From positions 39,948,001 through 40,196,000 of the forward strand of contig OX597834.1 in assembly GCA_951406725.2 (NCBI GenBank): DNA of 248,000 nt, written 5' to 3'. How positions within the stretch are numbered: position 1 is the first letter of the stretch; each line of letters begins with the position of its first letter. Below, piece by piece: positions 182,990 through 198,250 of the stretch. The translations under genes and the position numbers were made by a program. This DNA is from Octopus vulgaris. Taxonomy: Eukaryota. Under the pieces are notes generated by a model. That model was given only the letters and a program-made list of their open reading frames with translations. It made no database searches and was not told the DNA's origin.

Positions 182990-185035
182990 TTCTTCGTGTA
183001 AACTTATTTATACATTAAAAGTAGACTCTATAGAAACATCTTTTTTTAATTTTTAATCAAAGAACACATTATAATGCAAATGTTGTATACAGTCTTCAAC
183101 CTCGTTAATGAGTCTGCAGATGAATTCACTTTGTAATGTAACGAAGCAATCAGGCACACACATCTATATAAAAGCATAGAAAGTCAGCCGAGATGACAGA
183201 AACGATAAAGGCCAAAGTTGTTGCCATCAAACACTGGCTTTCCAACAGAATATTTGCTGAATGTCAAATTTACATGATAAAACTCTTTAAAATATAATGT
183301 AAGAGAAAAACGAAAGAGAGACAGACAGACAGAGGAAACAAAAATATATGAATAAGTCTATGCAGCAGAGAAAATTTGACTGAAATTAAAACATTTCTTA
183401 TAGAGTAACTAGTTTCATTCATTTTCCATGTTTAAATATTGCAATTTTAAATGTTATTCTAGTATTTGATTTGGATATTGTGGAGACATCTTTTGTAAGA
183501 GAACACAAACCTGGTCGATTGAAACTATCATATAATGGTCTACTTCTATTTATATTATTAATAGTTTGATCAATGAAAATATGAAGGGAAAGGCATGTCT
183601 ATGCAGCTGTGAACTTTATTTTGCAGCCGCATGGTTTCAGCTTTGGTCTCACTGCATAGTACTTTGGGTCAGTCTCTTCTACAATAACCCTGGAACGACT
183701 AAAGCTTTGTGAGTGAATTTGGCTGATGGAAACTGTATATACACGAGTGCGTTTGTGTGTGCCTTTGGGTTTGTCCCCGCCACTACTTGATAAGCAATGT
183801 TGGTTTGTTTACATCCCTGCAACTTGGCAGATCAGGAAAAGAGGTTAAGAGGACAAATACCAGCAGGCTAAATATAAAAAAAAAATGGCTGGGGTTGATT
183901 TGGTTGACTAAAATTCTCCAAATATAGGCGTAGGAGTGGCTGTGTGGTAAGTAGCTTGCTTGCCAACCACATGGTTCTGGGTTCAGTCCCACTGCGTGGC
184001 ACCTTGGACAAGTGTCTTCTACTATAGCCTCAGGCCGATCAAAGCCTTGTAAGTGGATTTGGTAGACGGAAACTGAAAGAAGCCCGTTGTATATATGTAT
184101 ATATATATATATACATATATATGTGTGTGTGTATATGTTATTGTGTCTGTGTTTCTCCCTCCAACATTGCTTGACAACCGATGCTGGTGTGTTTACGTCC
184201 TCGTAACTTAGCAGTCCTGCAAAAGAGACCGATAGATTAAGTACTAGGCCTACAAAAAATAAGTCCTGGGGTCGATTTGTTTGACGAAAAGACGGTGCTC
184301 CAGCATGGCCACAGTCAAATGACTGGAACAAGTAAAAGAGTAAAAGAGTAAGGTGGTGCTCCAGTATGGCCATAGTAGACTGAAACAGGCTCAAAGGAAA
184401 GAGTAAAGACAAAACAGGAAAACCACCAAAGTTTCTAAGTGATGCATAAAGCAAGAATGGTAACAACATGGGGGGGGGGAGTTGTTTAAAATAGATTCAA
184501 CAAGGAGAATAGGGCAACCTTCAAATAGGACAACCTTCAAATAAGCATAACTATGTGGTTAAGAAGCTCAGGCTTTCAACCATGTGGCTTTTAGTTCAAT
184601 CCCACGGCACAACACCTTGGCCGACTAAGTGTTTTCTACTACAGACCCAGACTGACCAATGTTTTGTGAGCAAATTTGGTAGGTGGAAACTGTGTAGAAG
184701 CCCACCATATCATGAGTCCAACACCCTAACCACAAAGCCATGCACCTCCACAAAGTAAAGTTCCTTCCCGGGACATATGCCCAGTTTCCATGGCATATAA
184801 ATTCCTCACCTGGACAGGACACCGGTCCGTCGCAGGATTACTCCATTTTGCCAGATAAATGGAATGGAGCAATGTGAAATGGAGTGTTTTGCTCAAGAAC
184901 ACAATGCGTCAGCTGGTCCAGGGATCGAAACCACAAGCTTACGATCATGAGTCCAATACCCTGACCACTAAGTCACATGTGCCCCCACATGAGCTGACAC
185001 AGGATTGAGATGTGTGGTTATGTATTGTATTTATA

Positions 185036-185267
185036 AGGCAGCGAGCTGGCAGAATCGTTAGCACGTCGGGCGAAATGCTTAGCGGTATTTCGGCTGCCGT
185101 TACGTTGTGAGTTCAAATTCCACCGAGGTCGACTTTGCCTTTCATCCTTTCGGGGTCGATAAATTAAGTACCAGTTAAGCACTGGGGTCGATATAATCGA
185201 CTTAATACCTATGTCTGTCCATGTTTGTCCCCTCTATGTTTAGCCCCTTGTGGGTAATAATGAAATA
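185036..185267 (+). mobile_element. tRNA-headed SINE family B (about 230 bp), monomer with TSD
   Basis: gcgagctggcagaa...gagttcaaattcc...aaagaaata; 15-bp TSD ggttatgtattgtat at 185016-185030 and 185268-185282. Confidence 0.85.
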
Positions 185268-186845
185268 GGTTATGTATTGTATGAACCACTGTAACCTCAA
185301 CTCTGTCACTTCAAGACTTATCTTCTTCCGAGCCCCTACGTAGTCGTCTTACAAGGTGTATGGAGGGTAATATATGCGGATGTACTGAAAATGGACACCA
185401 GTTAAGCTTATACAAATAAGTTGGGTTCTGGTGCAAGTTGGACCAGGATGTGTGGAGGCGTCTTATCTGGAGAGTCTGAGTCACCACATTGGCCTTGACT
185501 TGAATAAACTTCAATGAGAATGTATTGGGTTACAATCAGTGTCAGCAGCAGGAATTATTAAAGGATGTTGGTGATAATGGCAGTGCCCCAGCATGGCCAC
185601 AGGCCTTTGCTGAAACTGGTAATAGGATAATGATGTGGAAGATATGCGGTTACTGTTGTTTGTTTATCCCTAGGTCAGCTCTCATTGGTCAACAGATCTA
185701 TCGTCAAAGACATTCCAGCTATGACTACCTCTGTTCATTATCATCATCATTTAACATTCTCTTTCCATGCTAGCATGGGTGGGACAAGCTTGACAAGAGC
185801 TGGAAAGGCCAGGGACCATGCCAAGTCCTATGGTCTGTTTTGGCATGGTGTCAACAGCTGGATGCCCTTCCTAATGCCAACCACTTTATAGAGTATACTA
185901 GGGTTTTTTTTTTATGTGACACCATCAGCAGAGCTTTAAATGTGATGCCACCATCATTGCTTTTTACATGGCACCATCACCAGTGATCTTAAAGTGGCAC
186001 CATCACCATTACTTTTTACAATGGTATTGGCACCAATGCTTTTATATGGTACCATCACCAGTGTTTTTTATGACACTATTATCAGTGCACTTTACGTGGC
186101 ACCATCACCAGCGCTCTTTACACGCCACCAATCTAACCCTAGTGCTAACTCTAAACCTAACTCTAAATCCTAACCTAGATCAGATAATTGCAGAGGGTAG
186201 CCTACTAATCCTATGGTAGACTTCACACTGAAACAGCATCAATAAATGCCATTCTGGTGTAAGACTCAGACCATAATTAAGTTTATAAGCAGGTCTCCAG
186301 CAACCAGCCAACTCATCATCATCATCATCATTTAACATCCATTTTCCATGCTAGCATGGGTTGAACGGTTCGACAGTTCGACCGGGGTCTGGGAAGCCAG
186401 AAGGCTGCTCCAGGCTCCAGTCTGATCTGGTAGTGTTTCTACAGCTGGATGCCCTTCCTAACACCAACCACTCCGTGAGTGTAGTGGGTGCTTATTACAT
186501 ACCACCAGCACAGGGATCACAACTACAATTTCCATTGATTTTTGATGTTGATGTACTTGACTCAATAGGTCTCCTCAAGCACAGGGTCGAAACGGTGTTT
186601 CTTTACTTGCTACCTGCACAGGAGTCAGTCCAGTGGCACTGGCAATGGCCGGGTGCCAGTCATAGGATTGGTTCAGTTTCAATTCCAATTTCATCTGGGA
186701 GAAACTGACACTGGGTCTCTTTCTGAAACAATGATCAAGATTCTGAAGGGATAAGTAGTAGGCTTACAAAGAATAAGTCCTGGGGTCGATTTGCTCGACT
186801 AAAGGCGGTGCTCCAGCATGGCCACAGTCAAATGACTGAAACAAG

Positions 186846-186897
<52 letters not shown>

Positions 186898-187479
186898 AAG
186901 AGAGAGACCTACAGACAGACAGAGGTAGGGCTCCACTATTTCTCTTCCTGCAACATTCTAACAACTTGTGTGTGTATACTAAAATATTTTTACCACTGAT
187001 TTCAGTCATAGGACAATGGCCATGCTGGAGCAGTAGTGACTTTTTGTCAGTTACATCAATGTCAGTATCTACTTAGCCTGGGACTCAATCATTCACTTAA
187101 TGAAAGGTCGAGTTCACCTACATGTTGAGTTATATCCCCTGTTCCCTTTCACAGATGTAAATAACACTAGGTATTTATAGCAGGATACAACAACACACAG
187201 ACACACATATTCATTATCGCTCTGACCACTTTCACATTGAGACTTTTCATGATATATCTCAAATGAATATGTACATTTGTGCGTGTATATTTGGATGTAG
187301 TTGTGTACATATATGTGTGTAGGTGTACATAAATGTATGCATGTGTGAAGTATTCCAGTGGGTGACCAGTTCAAAGAAAGCCAGTCTCGACGCTTAGAAT
187401 AAAGAACTCAAAGATAGCTCTGAGAGCGAATAAACATTTAGTCAGAAAAACATTTGACTGTTTATATATATACAAATAC

Positions 187480-187544
<65 letters not shown>

Positions 187545-187779
187545 CATATATATATAGTTGAAATTTATAGATATATATATATACATACATACTTTATAAA
187601 CATTTATAATATACATGTGTGTGTGTATACATACATATTATATATATATATATATATATATATACATACACACTTTATAAATATTTATAATGTACATGTG
187701 TGTGTGTGTATATACATATATATATATGTACATACACATGCACACTTTATAAATATTTATAATGTACATGTGTGTGTGT

Positions 187780-187840
<61 letters not shown>

Positions 187841-188365
187841 AGCCTAGTACTTATTCTATTGGTCACTCTTGCCCAACTGCAAGTAGTGATGGGTGACAAA
187901 CACAAACAGATACACACACACACACACACATATATATACATATATGTATCTACAGGCACAGGTGTGACTGCGTGGTAAGAAGCTTGCTTCCCAGCCACAT
188001 GGTTTGGGGTTCAGTCCCACTGCATGGCACCTTGGGCTATATAGCCTCAGGCTGACCAAAGCCTTGTGAGAGGATTCGGTAGATGGAAACTGAAAGAAAC
188101 CCATATACATATGTATGTATGTATATATATATATGTGTGTGTGTGTGTATATATATGTGTGTGTGTGCACATCCTATCGCTGCTTGTCAACTGGTGTTGG
188201 TGTGTTTGCAACCCCATAACTTAGCAGTTTGGCAAAAGAGATTGATAGAATAAGTAGCATGCTAAAAAAATAAGCACTGGGGTTGATTCATTCGACTAAA
188301 AATTGAAGGTAATGCCCCAGCATGGGCCACAGTCTAATGACTGAAACATATATGTACATGTATGC

Positions 188366-188408
<43 letters not shown>

Positions 188409-189053
188409 ATCATGTTTTGAGTTTTATTTTTCTTATTTGCATCACCAGATGTGTGTGTGTATGTGTATATATATATGCCAATGTTAATAAATATTGCGTG
188501 TATACATATATAAATACAGGTGTGCATGTGTGTATGTATATATATATATATTTGTATACATATAACACATACATGCAAGGCAGACTTCTGCAATTTCCGT
188601 CTTCCAAATTTCATTCAAAAGTCATTATATATAAATAGATTAGCTACAGTGTCTGTGTGTGTGCATGTGTGTGTGTGTATTTTTATACTGTAATATATAT
188701 ATATATCTATGAACACTTACAGGGAAGTGTGTATGTATGTGTGTAACTATGTGAGCAAGTCATGTATGTATGTGTAATGAAATGTATAGTGTAGCATGAA
188801 AGAGATAAACAGAAAGATGTGTGTGAACACCTACAGACAGGTGTGTGAATGTGTGTGTGTGTGTTTATGTGTGTGTGTAATGGAAAATATTCACAATACT
188901 AAAAATAAACAAAATAAGTGTGTATGTGTGTGTGTGTGTGTATATACTGAATACATGCATAGGAGTACCTACAGACAGGTGTGTGTATGTGTGTGCATAT
189001 GTAATGAAATATGTTTCAAAGATTAATAATGAATGAGAGAGAGAGAGAGAGAG

Positions 189054-189096
<43 letters not shown>

Positions 189097-189636
189097 AATG
189101 AAAAAGGTTCACAATACTAAAGATAAACAAAATAAAAGTGTATATGTGTGAGTATATACTGAAATATATGTGCATGAACACCTACAGACAGGTGTGTATG
189201 CACGTGTGTGTATATGTAACAAAATGTTTCAAATATCAATAATGATAAGATTATGTGTGTGCATGCATGTGCGTGAATGTGCGTATATGCAAGTGTGTAT
189301 ATGCATGTACATGTGTGTGTATATGCCTGTGTGTGTGCATACGCTTACTGAAATAAATGTACATACATTAATAAGAAATAAACAGAAATGTGTGCATGTG
189401 TTTATACTTAAATATATATGTGTATATATATGTATAAACATCAACCAGTAAGAGTGTGTGTGTGCGTGTGTGCACATGTGTACTTGTGTATGTGTGTCAG
189501 ATAATATCCAAAAGTGAAACAACAACCACAAAATAATTAGAAAATGGATCCGCAGTTGGCATCAACAATGGCTATATCAGTTATTTGATCAGCAGAACCG
189601 GTTGAATATCCCACAGACATTCATACTGCCACACCG

Positions 189637-189674
<38 letters not shown>

Positions 189675-190919
189675 CCCAGAACTACTACCTACTCCCTGAA
189701 ACTCATAGTAAAAATCTAATTAGTAATTAGCTGAAGGACACGTGTGCCGTTACTGAACTAGAAATAGACACTCTCCAAAGAACAACTTGCTCATTAAATT
189801 ACATTCTAAGTAGTGGTCGAGTACTCCACAGACTCGTCTACCTTTAACATATTCTTTGAGGAAAAAAATCAGCATGACATAGGGTTTGGCATGGCTGGAC
189901 ACTCAACATTTATGTGACTGATATAATTTGTTCTCCATTTGACAGGTTCTCACATGCAGCTACTGTCTACTCTGAGGGTCTGTATAAAATTTTTTGGGGT
190001 CAACAGATACAATAGTAAATTGGGGCTCTACAGTAATTTTTCAAGGGCCTTGAAAAAATTGAGAGTGAAGTTTACGTACAATGAATCAGTTATACATCTA
190101 CAATAAACAGAATATTTTGACCATTTTTATACAAGTTCTAATAATATTTAGTCATAAAAATACAATAGGATTTTTTAAGCATCGAATATTTATAGGGTAC
190201 ACCCATTAAGATAGGAATCAAAGGGGTCGACAGGTAAAAAATGGTTTGAGAACCCCTGGTCTACCCATATTTTATTTCATGTGTTTCTGTTGACCCTGAA
190301 GCTATGGTGATAGAAAAACACATTCAAGGTGTCACATAATGAAATTGAACTTGGGTCCTTCATGCCTGAAAACGAAACTTCTAAACCATTTTCAATGCAA
190401 ACCTCTTAGCTAATGGTTTTTAACCTTTTTAATATCTGGGTCAGATCCAAAACCTGTGTTTTTTTTTTTAGGGGCCTGCACCAGAAAAAGTAAAACAGAA
190501 GTCAATTAGAGAAAAATTTATATTTATGTAGAGTGAAAACCATCAGGGACTGCCAGAAGGATGTCTAAGGGCCACATGCATCCCTGGGAGCCACGATTGA
190601 GGACTACTGCTCTAGACTGTAGCTCTACCAGTTAGAAATAACAGCTAAATCTTCCTCATAGTAAACCCTCTAGGAAGTACTTCTACCAATTAGAAAACAC
190701 ATCCAAAACCTCATGTGATGAAATTGAACGTGTACCCCTCGTGCTTACAAAGAAAATTTCTAAACTATTTACAATCCAAGCCTCTGGGTCAGGGATTCCC
190801 AGCCTGGGGTCTTCAAACACAATACTGAATATCCCTGAACTAAATTCAAACTTTTATATATATACACACACACACACGAGGATATGCATATTAAAAGGGG
190901 TCAGTGGGAAAACTAATTT

Positions 190920-191170
190920 AAAAAAGGGGCGGGAACCACTACTCTAGATAGTATGCCTTTACCAGCTAGAAATAACAGCCAAATCTCCCTCACATCAGGC
191001 CTTCTAAGTAGTAACCCTACCAGTTAGAAATAACAGCCAAATGCTCCTCACATTAGGCCTTCTAAGTAGTAGCTCTACCAGTTAGAAATAACAGCCAAAT
191101 GCCCCTCACATCAGACCCTCTAGGTAGTAACTCTACCAGTTAGAAATAACAGCCAAATCTCCCTCATATA
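190920..191170. repeat. About 58-bp tandem repeat, 4 copies
   Basis: ctaccagttagaaataacagccaaat..cctcaca. Confidence 0.8.
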
Positions 191171-191355
191171 AGACCATTGTACCTTCGGCAAAAAACAATA
191201 CAGTAGAGTTATATACTACTAATAAACAAACAAAAAAAAGACAAAAAATAAATGAGATGGGCATGGCTAGAATAACCCCAAGCAGGCAGAGGTGACCGAG
191301 GGCTAAATGAGAACAGTATTATCAACAACAACAGCATGAACAAGACAACACTCAC

Positions 191356-191386
191356 CGAGAGAGTACTTTTTCCACCTGGAGAACAT
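191356..191386 (-). CDS. Candidate alternative first coding exon: MFSRWKKYSL(D)
   Basis: acaATG, 10 codons + 1 nt, strong donor TCG|gtgagt, phase 1 matches the 49174 acceptor. Confidence 0.45.
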
Positions 191387-192147
191387 TGTCAATGAAAGTG
191401 TAGAAACACAACCGTTATAGTACACTATGTGTGGTTGGATGTGTGTGTGTGTGTGTGGCTGGATGTGTGTATGTATGTGTATACATATATGTATGTGTGT
191501 GTGTGTGAGTGTGTAGATGGATGTGTGCGGGATTATATATGGTATATATGTCCGTCGGTGTGTGAGTATATTTGTTGGGTGTTTGTGTGTATGTTTACAT
191601 AAATGTATGTGTGTGTGTGTGGATTGATTTAAGGATTTACGTGTATGTGTGTGCGTGTGTGTGTGTGTGTGTGTATGTGTACAGGTGGTGTGTGTGTGTG
191701 TGTAGACAGAGGTGTTATAATCCACAGGTGTAAAGTTAGGTTCCTGTCGAGATGAATTAAAAGTTGGCAATGAAGAACAACACCGATAGAAATAGCGTGT
191801 GTATGTGTGTGTATGTGTGTGTGTATGTGTGTGTATGTATGTATGTGTGTGTGCACACGTGTGTATCTATATGTGTGTATATCTGTGCATGTGTGTATAT
191901 ATATATGTTTGTGTGTGCATATCTATATGTGTGTGTATATCAATGTGTGTCTGGGTGATTATTATTCAATATGTGTATATGTAAGAATGAATATACATAC
192001 ATACATATATATTTATTTAAGTCCATATGTGTGTGTGCATACATATGTGTGTGCATGTGTGTGTGTGTATCAATATATATTCATGTAGGGAAGTATAAAT
192101 ATCTTTATATTAGTGTATGTGTGGGCATATATATATATATGTGTATG

Positions 192148-192178
<31 letters not shown>

Positions 192179-192395
192179 TTATATATGTATGTCTGTGTAT
192201 ATATATATATATATATATTTATACACACACACATGCACGTGTGTGAGTGTATATAAGGGTATGTCTATACGAATATGTATGTTTATCCCCCACCCACCCC
192301 AGAATCATTTCACAGGGGCAACATGAAGTGAGGTGCCGAATGCATCATGTGCTTATTACACGAGTGTTGCTTTAGTAGTAATAGTGGTGGCGATG

Positions 192396-192444
<49 letters not shown>

Positions 192445-192524
192445 CAATAGTAGTGGTGGTGGTGGTGGTAGCTTTAGTGTGTTAATGAAGATGCGGATTG
192501 GTGGTTGTGGTGGTGGTGGTAGTA

Positions 192525-192581
<57 letters not shown>

Positions 192582-192872
192582 ATTGGAGTGGCAGCAGCAG
192601 CAGTGTCAGCAGCAGCAGTGTCAGCAGCAACAGGAGGAATATATTTATTTCGCAGGATGTCCGATTATATTCTCTACTGCTGAAACTACAGGATGGCTGG
192701 CTGGCTGGCTGGCTGCTGATGTTGTGGTGGTGGTCGTGGTGGGAGCAAGGAGGGTGCCATTGAAAGATTCCTCCTCAATAAGGTGGAAGAAACCAGATGA
192801 AAATCAATGTGTGTGTGAGTGCGTGCATGTATTATTCCAACAAGTGTGTATACACACACACACACACATGTG

Positions 192873-192903
<31 letters not shown>

Positions 192904-193108
192904 TACTCTTTTAACTCTTTTACTTGTTTCAGTCATTTGACTGCGGCCATGCTGGAGCACCACCTTTAGTCGAGCAAATCGACCCCGGGACTTATTCTTT
193001 GTAAGCCCAGTACTTATTCTATTGGTCTCTTTTGCCGAACCGCTAAGTGACGGGGAACATAAACACACCAGGATCGGTTGTCAAGCAATGCTAGGGGGAC
193101 AAACACAA

Positions 193109-193181
<73 letters not shown>

Positions 193182-194104
193182 TACGACAGGCTTCTTTCAG
193201 TTTCCGTCTACCAAATCCACTCACAAGGCATTGGTCGGCCCGGGGCTATAGCAGAAGACACTTGCCCAAGATGCCATGCAGTGGGACTGAACCCGGAACC
193301 ATGTGGCTGGTTAGCAAGCTACTTACCACACAGCCACTCCTGCGCCTATTATATATATATATATATATATATTCACTCTCATAGATTTATATTCAGATTT
193401 TACTAAGCCTATATATATATATTTCTTTACAACCCAAAAGGGGCTAAACACAGAGGGCACAAACAAGGAGAGACAAAGGGATTAAGTCGATTACATTGAC
193501 CCCAGCACGTAACTAGTACTTAATTTATCGACCCCAAAAGGATGAAAGGCAAAGTCGACCTTGGCAGAATTTGAACTCGGAACATAACGACGGACGACTA
193601 AGCCTATATATATACACACAAAGAGATATATATATATATACACACTCAAAGATATATACACATAGTAGCATGGAGAGCTGTGTGGTGGAGAAGACCATTT
193701 TACCATTCTGATATCATGCAGCTTCAGGTTCAATCCCACAGCACAGCACCATGGACAAGCTTTGTGAATGAAATTGTGTTTATGTATATAGATGAATGGG
193801 AGTGAGGGAGGGATGAAGGGAGAGAAAGAGGGAGGGATCAGAGAGACAGACAGATAGACATTCTTTTGTTTCAGTCACTTGACTGCGGCCATGCTGGAGC
193901 ACCGCCTTTAAGCATTTTAGTCAAACAAATCAACCCCACGACTTACATTCTTTCTTTCTTTTTTTTTTTTTTTTTTGTAAGCCTAGTACTTATTCTATCA
194001 GTCTCTTTTGCTAAAATGCTCAGTTACAGGGACATAAATATACCAACACCGGCTGTCAAGTGGTAATTGTGGGGAACAAACACAGACACTCACACACACA
194101 TATA

Positions 194105-195035
194105 TATAAAGTCAAGAAAGTTCTTGCAGTTTTTAACCTTTAAATTCAGATGCACATATCTCGGCTCGAACAAAATTTTATTAATCAAAATAAACACCAT
194201 CAGAATCAACACACTTTTGCCAACACGAAACCAGTTTATTTATGCCAGTAGCATAAAAATCCTGCATTCTGGTGGTGATGAAGTCGTTGAAGGCGTTTTT
194301 GCCATCGTCTTGGTTTTTCAAGCATTTCTCATGCAGGAAGTTGTCGAGATACTTGAAAAAGTGGTAGTCGGGAGGAAAAAGGTCTGGTGAGTATGGTGGA
194401 TGAGGCAGAGTTTCGTAGCCCAATTTGTTCAACTTCTACAGGGTCAGTTGTGCAACATGCAGCCGAGCATTGTGAAAAAGAATTGGTCCTTTTCTATTGA
194501 CCAATGCTGGCTGTTGTTGTCAGAGTTTCTTATGCATTTCATCCATTTGCTGAGAGTATTTCTCTGCCGTAATGGTTTCACCTGGATCCAAAAAGCTGTG
194601 ATGGATGAGACCGGCCGCAGACCACCAAACAGTCACCATGACCTTCTTTTGGTGCAACTTTGGCTTTGGGAAGTGCCATGGAGCTTCATTGGCATCCAAC
194701 CACTGAGCTGATCGTTGACGGTTGCCGTAAAGAATTCACTTTTCATTGCAAGTCACAATCTGCTCAAGAAATGGGTCATTCTTGTTGCATAAAAGAAGGG
194801 AAGACAACGCTTCAAAATGGCATTTTTCTTTGGTTGGCGTTCAATTCGTGTGGCACCCATTTCTCAAGTATTTTTATTTTTCCAATCTCTTTCAAGTGGT
194901 TGGAAATTGTCGTATACGTTACGTCTAATTCAGAAGCAAGCTCTCGAACAGTTGCGAGTTGATTGGCTTCCACTAAGGTTCTTAGTTGATCATTGTCAAC
195001 ATCCGATGGCTGACCACCCTCTAGTATTTGTCCTT
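194105..195035 (-). pseudogene. Mariner transposase pseudogene, cecropia subfamily (Hsmar1/SETMAR-like), 5'-truncated, with 3' TIR
   Basis: WVPHEL, IVTCNEK, KKVMVTVWWSAAGLIH, LPHPPYSPDL..DYHFFK, WQKCVDSDGVYFD*; several stops and frameshifts; TIR-like end at about 194105-194135. Confidence 0.85.
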
Positions 195036-195119
195036 TTCTCTCCTAGCAGATAATGATGAGGATGATGATGAAGATGATACTGTTTGTATCAGTCATTAGT
195101 CATGGTTAAAATTAACTCT

Positions 195120-195450
195120 TTCCTTGCACTGCTCGACTGATTATGCAAATGATTAAGCCATGACCAACTCCACTAGGTATTTCTTCCACTTCTTAGCAAC
195201 ACTCCCTGAAGGCCCAGATGCCTTCCCAACCTTCATGTCTTTCATTGCACTATTCACTATACTGCTGTCAACATTCAATAGCTGGTCCCTCTTTTGAGTC
195301 TACTTGGAACCGCCCCTCTCTCTCCCTCTCTCTCATGCATTCTCTTCATTTAACAACCCCTTCTCTGAGCAATTCCATACCATTTTCCCCATTTTTCCTT
195401 TTGACAGTAGCGAAAGCATGCCGTACCACTATCATTCCATGCTCATTCCT
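195120..195450 (-). mobile_element. Decayed RTE-clade RT fragment
   Basis: VDSSIVNSAMKDMKVGKASGPSG segment. Confidence 0.5.
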
Positions 195451-195943
195451 TATTTCTTTACTGCCCACAAGGGGCTAAACACAGAGGGGACAAACAAGGA
195501 CAGACGAATGGATTAAGTCGATTATATTGACCCCAGTACGTAACTGGTACTTATTTAATCGACCCCGAAAGGATGAAAGGCAAAGTCAACCTCGACGGAA
195601 TTTGAACTCAGAACGTAGCGTCAGATGAAAAACCGCAAAGCATTTCGCCCGGCGTTCTAACGTTTCTGCCAGCTCGCCATCTTCCATGTACATTCCTGCT
195701 TAATGATGTTTCAATTCTCTCAGTCGTACACCACCTTGCAACACACACACACACACACACACAAAGAGAGAGAGAAAAAGACAGAGTCTGAAGAAGCAAA
195801 ATACCAACTGTTTCCTTGGTTTGTTGTGTGTTGTGTCTATGTTTACAGTGCTTAACCTTGCTGTAACACGATAAGGTTAAACTTTGCTGATGCTCTTGGT
195901 GTTACAATTGCTCCTTTATACATACAAACATTACATACATACA

Positions 195944-196026
<83 letters not shown>

Positions 196027-197009
196027 TGGGAGTGGCTGTGTGGTAAGTAGCTTGCTAACCAACCACATGGTTCCGGGTTCAGTCCCACTGCGTGGCATCT
196101 TGGGCAAGTGTCTTCTGTTATAGCCCCAGGCCAACCAATGCCTTGTGAGTGGTTTTGGTAGACGGAAACTGAAAGAAGCCTGTCATATATATGTATATAT
196201 ATGTGTGTGTGTGTGTGTATGTGTTTGTGTCTGTGTATATATACACACACACACACAGTGCATATATATATGATATATATATAAATTTAATTTTTATATA
196301 TATATATTATTTATATATATAAATTTATATAAGGATAACTCTTTTACTCTTTTACTTGCTTCAGTTATTTGACTGTGGCCATGCTGGAGCACCACCTTTA
196401 GTCGAGCAAATCGACCCCAGGACTTATTCTTTGTAAGCCTAGTACTTATTCTATCAGTCTCTTTTGCCGAACCACTAAGTTATGGGGACGTAAACACACC
196501 AGCTTCAGTTGTCAAGTGATATTGGGAAGACGAACACAGACACAAACATATACACACACACATACATACATATATATATATACATATATACAACGGGCTT
196601 CTTTCAGTTTCCGTCTACCAAATCCTTTCACAAGGCTTTGATCAATCTGAGGCTATGGTAGAAGATACTTGCCCAAGGTGCCACGCAGTGAGACTGAAAC
196701 CGGAACCAATCACCCCCTTTTGGCTACCCCATTGTCACCTCAGCTTTTTTCAACACCCTCCAGGGGAGGCAGTACCACCCACTTTGAGAACCCCAGCTTT
196801 ACAGTATATCATCTGGCTCAAACCCTACCTGCCTGAAGATCCTACTCCAACGTTGATCCCAAGTTTAGTCATGGTAACCAAAGTTCCCTTAGTCTGCTTA
196901 ATGATGGAATAGAAGGCAAGGACCCTCCCAGATCATATAGAGTGGGCTGGAGAAGACACCCATGCACAGGATTTTCCCAGGGGCAGACCACTGCTAGCCT
197001 AAACTCGGC

Positions 197010-197074
<65 letters not shown>

Positions 197075-197878
197075 GTGGTGCATATAATGGATACAACAAG
197101 TCCCTTTAAGATATATATGCACACAAGAATCATTAACAAGAGGCAAAGCAAAAGATGGCAGTTGTTATTAAAACTACATAGGTGCAGGAGTGGCTGTGTG
197201 GTAAGGAGCTTGCTTACCAACCACATAGTTCCGGGTTCAGTCCCACTGCGTGGCATCTTGGGCAAGTGTCTTTTACTATAGCCTTGGGCCGACCAAAGCC
197301 TTGTGAGTGGATTTGGTAAACGGAAACTGAAAGAAGCCCGTCGTATATATGTATATATATATATATGTATGTGTGTTTGTTTGTGTGTCTGTGTTTGTCC
197401 CCCTAGCATTGCTTGACAACCGATGCTGGTGTGTTTATGTCCCCGTAACTGAGCGGTTCGGCAAAAGAGACCGATAGAATATGTACTGGGCTTAAAAAGA
197501 ATAAGTCCCGGGGTCGAGTTGCTCGATTAAAGGCAGTGCACCAGCATGGCCACAGTCAAAATGACTGAAACAAGTAAAAAGAGAGAAAGAGAGGACATTC
197601 ACCATTCTCCATTTCTTCATTCTTTGCAGAGTTAAATGGTAAAGAAAAACATGGAATTGTCACAATATCACTGAAATATTTCAGAGCAATAAACAGTTCC
197701 CATTATATATATATATATCCATGTATGTATGTATAGAGATGTGTGCATGTGTTTATATATATATATATATATGAAATGGTGTATATTATGTTATATATAT
197801 TTGTGTATATAATGTTATACAGCAGTAACTGGTTTAGAGTGAATTTCCGTTTTGACATCACATCATCTCCGTCTTTTC

Positions 197879-197928
<50 letters not shown>

Positions 197929-198214
197929 CGTGTGTGTGTGTGTGCATGTGAGTCAGTGTTTATGTGTACGTCTGTGTGTGTGTGCCGGTGTGTGTACATG
198001 TGTCAGTGTGTGTGTGTGTGTGTGTGTATGTGAATGAATGCATATGTGGTATAAGCATATGTGTGTGTGTGTGTGTGTGTGAATGTATGTATAAGTGCAT
198101 ATATCAGTATATATTTGCACCAGAGTGTATGTAAGTGCACATGGCCGTATGTGTATATGCATGAGTGTGCATGTATCCCAATATGTGTATATGTGTGTCT
198201 GTGTAGCTACATAC

Positions 198215-198250
<36 letters not shown>

